Source of the DNA: Enterococcus phage vB_OCPT_Bop
Reading direction: 5' to 3' (one strand)
DNA length: 24,000 bases
Sequence record: ON125307.1
In this document: positions 15,976 through 24,000 of the stretch, piece after piece
How the letters are laid out: each line of letters starts with the position of its first letter
How positions within the stretch are numbered: position 1 is the first letter of the stretch
Translations under genes and position numbers: made by a program
The notes under the pieces: generated by a model
What the model saw: only the letters and a program-made list of their open reading frames with translations
Databases searched by the model: none
What the model was told of the DNA's origin: nothing

Positions 15976-16024
15976 AGGTAATTAAGGATTCGAACCTTAC
16001 AAGCCCTTACTGCTTACCTTGTAA
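15976..16024 (-). ncRNA. T-arm-only tRNA-like RNA immediately downstream of a promoter
   Basis: AGGTAA-GCAGTAAGGGCTTG-TAAGG TTCGAAT CCTTA-A-TTACCT; no D arm or normal anticodon arm. Promoter TTGACT-17-TACTAT just upstream. Confidence 0.45.
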
Positions 16025-16101
16025 ACTTATAGTATCATGCGTTGTACCGAAAGTCAACACTTTTTATAAAAATAATAGGGAGAAATATTTCTCCCTAAAA
16101 A

Positions 16102-16175
16102 TGGACTATACCGGAATTGAACCGATGACCTGTCAGTTATGAGCTGACGGCTCTGACCTACTGAGCTAATAGTCC
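16102..16175 (-). tRNA. tRNA-Met(CAT)
   Basis: GTCAG CTCATAA CTGAC; acceptor GGACTAT/ATAGTCC. Confidence 0.93.
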
Positions 16176-16382
16176 GTGTAATAATACCACGAAATAAACC
16201 TTAGTAAGTCATATAGTCCCAGAAAGGGAGACATATGAAACTAGTGTTGAATGCCATAATCGTTTAATAAATGTGACTGAGAGAGTAATAAATTTCTTAG
16301 GCATGTCCATATGCCTCCTTTCCAATAATGATAGTTTTAAGATATAAACAGAATAAATAAAAGAGAAAATAATAATGAATAA

Positions 16383-16454
16383 TAGCGCATGAGAGAGTCG
16401 AACTCTCGATTCCGGTTCGAAAGACCGGTGTCTTGACCGCTTGACCAATGCGCC
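16383..16454 (-). tRNA. tRNA-Glu(TTC)
   Basis: CCGGT CTTTCGA ACCGG; acceptor GGCGCAT/ATGCGCT. Confidence 0.93.
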
Positions 16455-16459
16455 ATAAA

Positions 16460-16534
16460 CGAGCTATATGGGACTTGAACCCATGACCTTCTCCGTGACA
16501 GGGAGACGAGCACTCCTGACTGCTCCAATAGCCC
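16460..16534 (-). tRNA. tRNA-Asp(GTC)
   Basis: TCTCC CTGTCAC GGAGA; acceptor GGGCTAT/ATAGCTC. Confidence 0.92.
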
Positions 16535-16660
16535 AATGTTTCCCCAACCACCGCCACCTAAGGGATTCGTACGTCTACGTGAGTTTTTTGGTTATACATT
16601 ATTGTTCAAGACAATAAATTGTACGAGTGGAATACCAATTTACCACTCTGCGGTTCCTAT

Positions 16661-16732
16661 TGCGGTAGGTGGGAGTCGAACCCACTAAAGCTTGGTTATG
16701 AGCCAAGTGCCTAAACCGTTCGGCATCTCCGC
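16661..16732 (-). tRNA. tRNA with CAT anticodon (Met or Ile2)
   Basis: CTTGG CTCATAA CCAAG, T arm GTGGG TTCGACT CCCAC; acceptor has two mismatches. Confidence 0.8.
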
Positions 16733-16747
16733 AGTAATACAAGTCTG

Positions 16748-17352
16748 GTTAAAAACTCAAAACTTAATAGATTAAGGGCTTTTCTTCCTGCTTCATATAC
16801 ACTCACTGCATTCGGTCACATACTCAGAGAGGCTGAACCATCGGGAGCTACCCAATAGCTTCTCTCTGCCTTTAATGTATGGTCTAGCACGGTGGCTAAC
16901 AACGTTCACCTAAACATTCAGCATTAAAAGTATTATTTTACATATAACCCATATGTCTTCTGTAATATTTTCATCCAACGCTGACTTAAGCTACTTGTAC
17001 CAAGGTCTCTTGTTAAACCTGTATTTCTACAGTTCTCGTCAAAGGGAGTCTTTTGAGTTTTCCAAGGTCTGCCAAGCTTCTCACACTTCCACCTAACTTG
17101 GATTCTTTTCCACAGGAACGTCTATTGTATCCCCCAAGAGTCTTGTACCTTACAATCCATGTATACTCCACATAACGCTTAACTGATATTAGCTTTTACT
17201 AATAGTTACTCCTATGTTACCATAAGACCTACCTGCAACCCAAAGCACTATCGCACCTTCGGTTACATCCAGACTCACGCCACGTTATCCTAGCAAGCTG
17301 TTCAAACTTTCTGCACTAGGTTCAAAATCTATTAAGTTTTCAATTTTTAACC
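16748..17352 (-). ncRNA. Large structured ORF-free RNA, about 605 nt (ROOL/GOLLD-like candidate)
   Basis: Ends pair as GGTTAAAAATTGAAAACTTAATAGATT / AATCTATTAAGTTTTGAGTTTTTAACC (26 of 27 positions including G-U). No ORF in the track, within a tRNA cluster, good promoter upstream. Confidence 0.7.
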
Positions 17353-17363
17353 ACTAACTTGTG

Positions 17364-17395
17364 GTGTAATACTAATATAGCATAACATTACAAAG
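17364..17395 (-). promoter_or_regulatory. Promoter of the large ncRNA (approximate)
   Basis: TTTACA - 17 nt - TATATT on the minus strand. Confidence 0.55.
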
Positions 17396-17434
17396 TTGTA
17401 AACACCTTTTTGTAAGTTTTTTTGATTTTTTTGA

Positions 17435-17523
17435 TGGAAGGTAAGGGGGTCGAACCCTTACACCGGATTTCTCCGACCTAACTGATTAGCAATCAGCCCT
17501 CTTAACCATTTGAGTAACCTTCC
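17435..17523 (-). tRNA. tRNA-Ser(GCT)
   Basis: Type II; GCTGA TTGCTAA TCAGT; acceptor GGAAGGT/ACCTTCC. Confidence 0.9.
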
Positions 17524-17632
17524 AAAAGCAAAAAGGGAACCCCTGTAATTAAACAGGGGTAAGAGAGATGTCTCTAAAAGCCTACAACCATTATAACATA
17601 GAAACATAGTTTGTACAGCCGTAACTGTACAA

Positions 17633-18458
17633 CTGTCAGGACAGGGTTCGAACCTGTATCGCACGGAGCTAACCGTTTGCTAACCATTTTCGTATGGAAT
17701 TATCAGAAACACCATACAATCGACCAGTAGCACTATAGCCTAACTTCTCGACTTGTTTAGTCAATTCATCATAACTAGGACGTGCAACTTTTCTATTTTT
17801 ATTTCCTATACACTTAGTACACAAACCTGTCTTACCAGTACCCTTAATAGGTTCCTGACATTCTTTACATAGATGGATTTTTTTGTTATTCCTTCCTGCA
17901 TATGTGTCAGTTTGCGAATGACAATTCGGACACAGAAAACATAAATTATGTAGTCTATTATCATCTGGTATGCCATTCTTGTGTTCTAATTGTAGAGTAA
18001 GCTTCTTGCCATTCCAGTTTCCATCATTTCCACAACACTCACATACATATGGTAGCAACCCCTCTTCAACTAAACGTCTTTTTAAGGTAGCTCTACAATA
18101 AGTAGAGTGTTCTACTAGAATTTCTTCTAGAGGTGTTTTCTGATGTAGGAATCTAACTTTAGCTTTAATAGGGTCAAAATGGTCAGTCGATAAACCTTCT
18201 TTACTAATTCTATCTTTTACTGTTCGGTAATTATTACCTCTAGTAGATAAATTGTAGTGTCGAAGAATTTCTGAGTAAGTTGTTGAATTGGCAACTACAC
18301 TCGCAAACTCGTTAGTACTCGCTGTCCAAATAGGGCTAGTTTTTTGTTTCATGTTACATACTCCTTATTCATGTTCTATATATAATATAGCACACGTGTA
18401 AGGTGTAACATAGAATCCCCATTCGAACTGTGTGTCCTACCTGTTAGACGACCTGACA
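17633..18458 (-). tRNA. tRNA gene split by an HNH ORF (intron-containing or disrupted)
   Basis: 5' part TGTCAGG TC GTCT AACAGGTA GGAC A CACAG TT (18458-); 3' part CCGTG CGAT ACAGG TTCGAAC CCTGT CCTGACA G (-17633). Acceptor TGTCAGG/CCTGACA pairs 7/7. Confidence 0.6.
17669..18352 (-). CDS. HNH homing endonuclease
   Basis: CECCGNDG...LTLQLEHKNGIPDDNRLHNLCFLCPNCHSQTDTYAGRN, C-terminal CxxC and HTH-like DELTKQVEKLGYSATGRLYGVSDNSIRKWL. Confidence 0.88.
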   Translation of the reverse strand: MKQKTSPIWTASTNEFASVVANSTTYSEILRHYNLSTRGNNYRTVKDRISKEGLSTDHFDPIKAKVRFLHQKTPLEEILVEHSTYCRATLKRRLVEEGLLPYVCECCGNDGNWNGKKLTLQLEHKNGIPDDNRLHNLCFLCPNCHSQTDTYAGRNNKKIHLCKECQEPIKGTGKTGLCTKCIGNKNRKVARPSYDELTKQVEKLGYSATGRLYGVSDNSIRKWLANG

Positions 18459-18550
18459 AAAAGGTGGAACCTCCCTAAATTTGGGGAAGAGGGAGGTTCT
18501 CATGCTATTAACAAACACGAATTTGCTAACCAAGTAATCTTGACTAGCAA

Positions 18551-18621
18551 CTCACCTAGCAGGACTTGAACCTACAAGAACTGGTTAACAGCCAGTCATG
18601 ATACCGTTTCATCATAGGTGA
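18551..18621 (-). tRNA. tRNA-Asn(GTT)
   Basis: ACTGG CTGTTAA CCAGT; acceptor TCACCTA/TAGGTGA. Confidence 0.92.
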
Positions 18622-18872
18622 ATTTTAGTTCTATCAACATTATAACACAAAAGCTGATAGAACTAGCAACTTTTTTACAAACTTAACAACTTTTTTCTTA
18701 ACTACTGATTCAGCAACTTACTCAATAGTTAAAGACTTAAAGAAAGAGGAAGTAATTGAGGTATGTCAATCACTAACTAAAGTATACAACATTTTTATCA
18801 TCCTGACAACAACTAAATGCAAAAAAGTTCAAAAAAGATTATAAATAGTTAAATTATCAGAATATTCAAATT

Positions 18873-19012
18873 AATGTCCTATTTTAAACTTTTGACCTCC
18901 TTATATACTTAATACTATATATTAAATCTATATATCTAAATTATATAAATATTAGACCATATATTATTAATATATATATAAGACTTGCAAAAAATTAAAA
19001 TAGGACATTTTT
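18873..19012. repeat. AT-rich palindromic element, copy 1
   Basis: Ends AATGTCCTATTTTAA ... TTAAAATAGGACATT, interior ATATA-rich imperfect palindrome. Confidence 0.8.
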
Positions 19013-19058
19013 CTGACAATTCACTTTTAGATAAAAAGAAAGAGAGCAAAACGCCCTC

Positions 19059-19397
19059 TTACCGTGTTTCAAAGTATTCCTTAATTGTATACTCTCTAGC
19101 TTCTTTAGCTTCCTCAGTTTCATCTTTAGGAGCTAAATACAATTTAGTAATTGTAGCGGGTACCTCTACCATCTTATAGTCAATAAAAGTAGCTTGACGT
19201 AGATTTAAGTATCGGATACCTGTTGTTCTATCAGTACCTGTATGCACAGGCAAGAAAGTTAATTCTTTACCTCTGACAGAGCCATTAGCTTGTGTTAGTG
19301 CATCAACTACAGTTCCGCCCATATAGCGTGGAAATAGGTAAACCTTGTCAGTACCTACTGTAATTTCTGCGACCTTTTCGTGTGTTGGATAGTTCAC
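19059..19397 (-). CDS. Hypothetical protein, 112 aa
   Basis: ORF with RBS GAGAAAT-type upstream region. Confidence 0.6.
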   Translation of the reverse strand: MNYPTHEKVAEITVGTDKVYLFPRYMGGTVVDALTQANGSVRGKELTFLPVHTGTDRTTGIRYLNLRQATFIDYKMVEVPATITKLYLAPKDETEEAKEAREYTIKEYFETR

Positions 19398-19451
19398 TTA
19401 TAATTTCTCCTTTCAGAATATGCTATAATTACAGTATAAGTATAACACATT

Positions 19452-19799
19452 CTATGGTTTAAAAATGCTGAACACGTAAGTCACAACCGCACCGAGAACA
19501 ATCATGAAGATGTTTTCCACGATGTCTCTTTTATGGTCAAACTCTTTGTCGTTTACACCTTCGAGAGCATCAATGGTTTCTTCCAGTTTTGTAATCTGGT
19601 ACGTAAGATGTGAATATTTCTCTTCATGAACAGCTAACCTTTTATCAAGACTGTTAACGATGTCCTTCAATTCACTAACTGCATTATTCAGTTCTGTGTT
19701 GTCCTGTTTAATGCCCTTCTCAGTTAGTTCTCCATGTTGGAGCTTGTCTTCCAATCGTTGCAGTCTTAATACTAGGTCACCTACTTGGTAATCGTTCAT
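19452..19799 (-). CDS. Coiled-coil protein with C-terminal TM segment (hemolysin XhlA/holin-like)
   Basis: Heptad-rich N-terminal region, C-terminal NIFMIVLGAVVTYVFSIFKP; GAGGGGG RBS. Confidence 0.55.
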   Translation of the reverse strand: MNDYQVGDLVLRLQRLEDKLQHGELTEKGIKQDNTELNNAVSELKDIVNSLDKRLAVHEEKYSHLTYQITKLEETIDALEGVNDKEFDHKRDIVENIFMIVLGAVVTYVFSIFKP

Positions 19800-19838
19800 T
19801 TGTGCTCCCCCTCTCGGTTGTATAGCTCAATCTCCCGG

Positions 19839-20096
19839 TCAGTTAGAAAACCACATGTAACCGCCTATGCCCAGAATACATCCGACAAGGTAAATAATTG
19901 GAGTATACAGCCCAATGAAGAGCATAACCACGCTACCAACACTAAGTCCGTATAGTATCAAAAGATACTTATACGATGCCAAAGGACTTAAATCTGCTTG
20001 CAGTTTTTTGTACTGTATAGCTCGGGTGACATAGTAGGATGCTGAGTAAACGAACAACTGTAGCAATAACATAGCAATAAATGCTAGTCGGTACAT
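19839..20096 (-). CDS. Small membrane protein (possible holin)
   Basis: Three hydrophobic segments. Confidence 0.45.
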   Translation of the reverse strand: MYRLAFIAMLLLQLFVYSASYYVTRAIQYKKLQADLSPLASYKYLLILYGLSVGSVVMLFIGLYTPIIYLVGCILGIGGYMWFSN

Positions 20097-20214
20097 TCTA
20101 TCGCCTCTCTTCTTTCCTAGAGCTATCTTTAATATAGTACACCAAAGCCTTTATAATCAGGTGTGCTAGATTAAATATGTAGGCTAAAAAATATAAACGG
20201 AAGAGTGAGAAAAA

Positions 20215-20484
20215 GTGAAGGTACGGAAAAAATTATTATACAAATCAATTTTTATCACCATCTCTGTTATCATCATGATTTGTGCAAGCAAGCTGATTGC
20301 AGATGTGCTAGGCTTAGAACAACATTTTACAGCAACAATGCTTGTAGGAGGTTCTTTGTGGGCTTGGATAGCTAGTATTGTCTTTGATTCTTATGAGAAG
20401 AGGAAAAAGAAAGATAATCTACAGCAACAGCTTCATGAAGCACTGCGTGATTTAAAAGAGATAAAAGCGTTAATCAAAAAATAA
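20215..20484 (+). CDS. Small membrane protein, 89 aa
   Basis: Two hydrophobic segments and a charged coiled-coil C-terminus. Confidence 0.6.
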   Translation: MKVRKKLLYKSIFITISVIIMICASKLIADVLGLEQHFTATMLVGGSLWAWIASIVFDSYEKRKKKDNLQQQLHEALRDLKEIKALIKK

Positions 20485-20494
20485 TTAATAAGGG

Positions 20495-20782
20495 GTGGAG
20501 GATATGTCCCTTACAAGAGAAGAAATAAAGCAAAAAAGGCAGTATATTTTTAGCAAAGCTCAAAAGACGACAAATATACGAAAAGGGGATAAACGCATAG
20601 CAAGTGCTACACGGATGTGTGCAGTATGTGGAAGACCGTTGTCTAGACTTGTTCTTACTAATGGTTCTGCAATAGTTACTACAGCACATGTAAGCTGTAA
20701 GATGTCAGATTTAGTACGATTGAACATGTGTGAAGACATACGGTCTTGCTATGCGTATACAAGTAAAAAGGGGGAGGAATAG
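20495..20782 (+). CDS. Small protein with zinc-binding-type motif
   Basis: CAVCGRPLSRLVL...HVSCKMSDL; upstream GGGGTGGAGG RBS. Confidence 0.6.
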   Translation: MEDMSLTREEIKQKRQYIFSKAQKTTNIRKGDKRIASATRMCAVCGRPLSRLVLTNGSAIVTTAHVSCKMSDLVRLNMCEDIRSCYAYTSKKGEE

Positions 20783-20786
20783 CCAC

Positions 20787-21215
20787 ATGAGTATGGCAGA
20801 CCGTATTAAAGAAAATGCTGAACAAAAGAAAATGGAACGTACATCCGAACAACGATTACGTGACACATTTAATAATGCTTCTCTCACGTTAATTAACCAG
20901 TTCATGGCTAAAGTTATGGCAGGTTCAATAGATATAGATGACGTTGGGGATTTAACCCGTCTATTCCAAATCTACATGCAAATTAATAATATCAATGCAG
21001 GAATGCAAGAGGGAACTGGTCAATTACCTGCTCTTAGTGCTACGCAAAAAGATATTATTGCAGATAAGGTAAGCACTGAAAAGGCTACCATAGACGGAGA
21101 GGAGGAGGAAGTTGTTTCGTTGGAAGAGTTAGCTAAATTATCAGACGAAGAAATTGATAAGATGCTATTGGATAAGGAAATCCAAATGAACAAAGAAAAC
21201 GAAGCAACGTTTTAA
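20787..21215 (+). CDS. Possible small terminase or head-associated protein
   Basis: Directly precedes and touches terL; ATG at 20787 has GGGGGAGG RBS. Confidence 0.5.
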   Translation: MSMADRIKENAEQKKMERTSEQRLRDTFNNASLTLINQFMAKVMAGSIDIDDVGDLTRLFQIYMQINNINAGMQEGTGQLPALSATQKDIIADKVSTEKATIDGEEEEVVSLEELAKLSDEEIDKMLLDKEIQMNKENEATF

Positions 21216-23050
21216 TGACAAATAAAGCACAACATATTGCTAAAATGGCAAAAGAAATGTATGGGACGGACAAAATAACAACTGCACAGCTTGCCTACAT
21301 CACAGACATGTTAACTCCGTCCACATATTTACTAAGAAACCACTCCGTTCGTAATCATCCGATTACATTTATGATTTCCGGACGTGACCAACAAAAAGCC
21401 CAAGCACATAGACCTTGGCAAGTAAAAATTATTAATGACCAACATCGAACAAAGGCAGTTATTAAATCACGGCAATTAGGGCTTTCAGAAATGGGTGTAG
21501 GAACCATGCTACACTTTGCAGATACACATAGTTACGATGCAGTTAAGTGTTTGTATACCTTCCCAACAAACGAACAAATGACTAAATTCGTACAAACACG
21601 TCTTGACCCCGTATTGCAACGTGGTTATTACAGTACGATTATTGACCCAGAAGTAGACTCATTAAAGGCTAAGAAGATTCGTAATAGCTTTTTATACTTC
21701 CGTTCAAGCTCTAAACCGGGAGCTGTAGAGGGGGTCGATATTGATTACCTATCTATGGATGAGTACGACCGTGTTCCTGCATTAGCCGAAGCTTCTGCAT
21801 TGGAATCTATGTCATCTTCTCCATATAAGATTGTTACTCGTTGGTCTACCCCATCAGCTCCTGATGTAGGTATCCATGCTTTGTTTGAACAGTCTGACCA
21901 ATACTGGTACCTACACAAATGTGATAAGTGTAATCATTATAACCAAATGAACTATGAAGACTATGTACCAGAGGCACCAGTGGAACGTAGAGGGAACATC
22001 CTTTGTGTAAACCCTAAAGGGGTAGACCCAATTGCTAAAACAGTTGTGGATGGCTCCTTCCAATTCGTTTGTCAAAAATGTGGAGAACCATTAGACCGTT
22101 GGTACAATGGTATATGGGTTCCTAAATATCCAGACCGTACTAAAAATGGTTTAGGTATTCGAGGATACATGATTTCTCAAATGAATGCTGTTTGGGTATC
22201 TGCTGACCAATTAAAAACAAAAGAGCTAACATCACTATCGAAACAAGCGTTCTATAACTATACGTTGGGTTACCCTTATGCTGACCAAAAACTTACTGTT
22301 AATGCCGGTGACGTAGAACGTAACAGACGTGGAGACCTCCCAGAATCTCCTAGAGACCGTGGAGATTACAAGTTTATCTCTGTAGGTATTGACTGGGGAA
22401 ACAGACACTGGGTGTCCATTCATGGCGTTAGAACGAATGGTCAAGTAGATTTAATTAAATTGTTCTCTGTAGGTAAAGCTAACCCGTTAAACCCTGATGC
22501 AATTGATACAGATATTCAGTCAATTCGATTACAATTAGCACCATATGAACCTGATATTATCGTTGCTGATGTTGGTGACTCTGGTGATAAAGTTGCTAAA
22601 CTGATTCAGATTTATGGTAAAGACCGTGTATTTGGTTGTGTATACCCATCTACACCTAAATCTACAGGTAACTTAGTGCCTAGTTGGAATGTTCAAGGTA
22701 ACAAGGTATCTGCTGATAAGCTAATGCAGAATAAACGATACATCTCAAACATGAAAGATGGAGTTATTGGTTTCTACCACAAAATGGATAGTGAACTAAT
22801 GCTTTACATTGAACACTGGGGAAATGTAGTAATTCGTGATGAAGAGGATGAAAAATCTCCTACAGGATTCCGACAAACCATCGGACGTAAAGGTGATGAC
22901 CACTATTCACAAGCTAGTGTTTATTCCATGTTAGGTTATGAACATTTGATGAACGTATTTACAGGGGCAGATGACTACGGGTTTAACTCTGATTGGATTT
23001 CTACTCAATTGAACCCTACACCTCCTGATATTTTTACTCAGTTTACTTAA
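21215..23050 (+). CDS. terL: Phage terminase large subunit
   Basis: KSRQLGLSEMG adenine/Walker-like motif, LSMDEYDRV, zinc-ribbon CDKCNHYNQM...CQKCG, nuclease-like SVGIDWGNRHW...IIVADVGDSGDK. Confidence 0.85.
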   Translation: MTNKAQHIAKMAKEMYGTDKITTAQLAYITDMLTPSTYLLRNHSVRNHPITFMISGRDQQKAQAHRPWQVKIINDQHRTKAVIKSRQLGLSEMGVGTMLHFADTHSYDAVKCLYTFPTNEQMTKFVQTRLDPVLQRGYYSTIIDPEVDSLKAKKIRNSFLYFRSSSKPGAVEGVDIDYLSMDEYDRVPALAEASALESMSSSPYKIVTRWSTPSAPDVGIHALFEQSDQYWYLHKCDKCNHYNQMNYEDYVPEAPVERRGNILCVNPKGVDPIAKTVVDGSFQFVCQKCGEPLDRWYNGIWVPKYPDRTKNGLGIRGYMISQMNAVWVSADQLKTKELTSLSKQAFYNYTLGYPYADQKLTVNAGDVERNRRGDLPESPRDRGDYKFISVGIDWGNRHWVSIHGVRTNGQVDLIKLFSVGKANPLNPDAIDTDIQSIRLQLAPYEPDIIVADVGDSGDKVAKLIQIYGKDRVFGCVYPSTPKSTGNLVPSWNVQGNKVSADKLMQNKRYISNMKDGVIGFYHKMDSELMLYIEHWGNVVIRDEEDEKSPTGFRQTIGRKGDDHYSQASVYSMLGYEHLMNVFTGADDYGFNSDWISTQLNPTPPDIFTQFT

Positions 23051-23058
23051 AAAAGCAA

Positions 23059-23190
23059 AATGTCCTATTTTAATTTTTCTACGTCCTTATATATTAATAC
23101 TATATATCTATATACCTATATCTAGTTAGTAAGTATATATAGTATAATATATTATATAAGGGAGACAAAAATTTAAAATAGGACATTTTT
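23059..23190. repeat. AT-rich palindromic element, copy 2
   Basis: AATGTCCTATTTTAA ... TTTAAAATAGGACATTTTT, interior CCTTATATATTAATACTATATAT / ATATATAGTATAATATTATATATAAGG. Confidence 0.85.
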
Positions 23191-23294
23191 ATTAAATTAG
23201 CTATTGATTGACAAAAAATAATATGCTATTATACTACTTGTCAATAATAGCACTAGTTATTTTTTCTTGTCATAACAATAAAGGAGACGTTTAC

Positions 23295-24000
23295 ATGAAT
23301 GACAATCAAGAATACCAAGCTCTTGTTGATAATCTTCTTAGCTCTGTTCCAGAATTTAAACCTGTAGAAGCTACAGTCAGTAAATCCTTTTTAGAAGGTA
23401 TGCTAGGCAAGAAGTTAGACTACGGGTACGTTATATCAGAAAATGAAAAATTATCAAAAGACTATTCACATATTGTGAAGGCTTATGGTTTTAACTCCTT
23501 TTATGACCTATACTGCTATGCTGATAGTTGTGATTCACTAAATGACTATTTAATTAAAGGTGGTCAAAAAGATTTATCAAAGTTGAAGCCAGTTAAAAGA
23601 CGAGTAATGAGAAATGGTAAAATGATGACGACTACTATCTACGAAGACAGTTCCGGAGAAGATGATGATAAAAACCCATTAGATAAGGACACTCAAACAG
23701 AGGAAAATGTTGAGCCAAGAAATGCTAGAGATTTAAGCAAAACAATTATTGGAGATGACCATAATGGTATAGACCCAAAACAAATTGCTAAACTTAAAAC
23801 TGAGGCAGGTAATCTAAATGGGACATTTTCAACTGATTGTTCTTCATACTTAGTTCTTCAAGGAGAAACCGGAGAAATTGGTGGTGTGGCAGGTTATCGT
23901 AAAGAGGGTAGCTATTTATACTTAGCTTTCTACCAATCAGACGACCTTACAAATGGGGTGGCTTATGTAGCATTTACACAACTATTGTTACGTGCTCGTA
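23295..24000 (+). CDS. Hypothetical protein, N-terminal part (runs off window)
   Basis: Open frame MNDNQEYQALVDNLLSSVPEFKPVEATVSKSF... with AAGGAGA RBS; open to the window end. Confidence 0.7.
   Translation, partial: MNDNQEYQALVDNLLSSVPEFKPVEATVSKSFLEGMLGKKLDYGYVISENEKLSKDYSHIVKAYGFNSFYDLYCYADSCDSLNDYLIKGGQKDLSKLKPVKRRVMRNGKMMTTTIYEDSSGEDDDKNPLDKDTQTEENVEPRNARDLSKTIIGDDHNGIDPKQIAKLKTEAGNLNGTFSTDCSSYLVLQGETGEIGGVAGYRKEGSYLYLAFYQSDDLTNGVAYVAFTQLLLRAR

Noticed and set aside
16209-16557. Three overlapping ORFs over the Glu/Asp tRNAs
   Set aside because: They span tRNA genes on the same strand, with peptide patterns typical of tRNA read-through.
17458-17664. Minus-strand 68-aa ORF
   Set aside because: It lies across tRNA-Ser(GCT) and the T arm of the split tRNA.

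Overview
The window looks like accessory plus early-structural sequence from a large tailed phage of a Firmicute-type host. This is inferred from gene content. From 160 to about 20.1 kb nearly all features lie on the minus strand: a dNK-type nucleoside kinase, anaerobic RNR (NrdD) with a downstream endonuclease-like ORF, a ParB-like protein, an XRE regulator, a vWA/Ro60-like (TROVE/DUF2828-type) protein and an AAA+ ATPase. A very dense RNA region (about 7.8-18.6 kb) carries about 26 recognisable tRNA or tRNA-like genes. After about 20.2 kb the strand flips to plus, with a large terminase subunit and the truncated start of a further ORF. The main finding is at 7828-8360, on the same strand as and immediately upstream of the Ro60-like gene. 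A promoter- and terminator-bounded non-coding array contains two tRNA modules in circularly permuted order (anticodon/T arm, 3' acceptor, short linker, 5' acceptor, D arm). Each is enclosed by covarying stems and separated by a three-copy conserved hairpin element. A further permuted, anticodon-less, YrlA-like tRNA mimic lies at about 9289-9375. The same region encodes a tmRNA (10956-11303, predicted tag AVNITAKNEELLAVA), a roughly 605-nt ORF-free RNA closed by a 27-bp terminal helix (16748-17352, ROOL/GOLLD-like in size and context), a 205-nt tRNA-Leu-like gene with a large insert, a tRNA interrupted by an HNH endonuclease ORF, and a T-arm-only RNA. Two related AT-rich 130-140 nt palindromic elements sit at 18873-19012 and 23059-23190.
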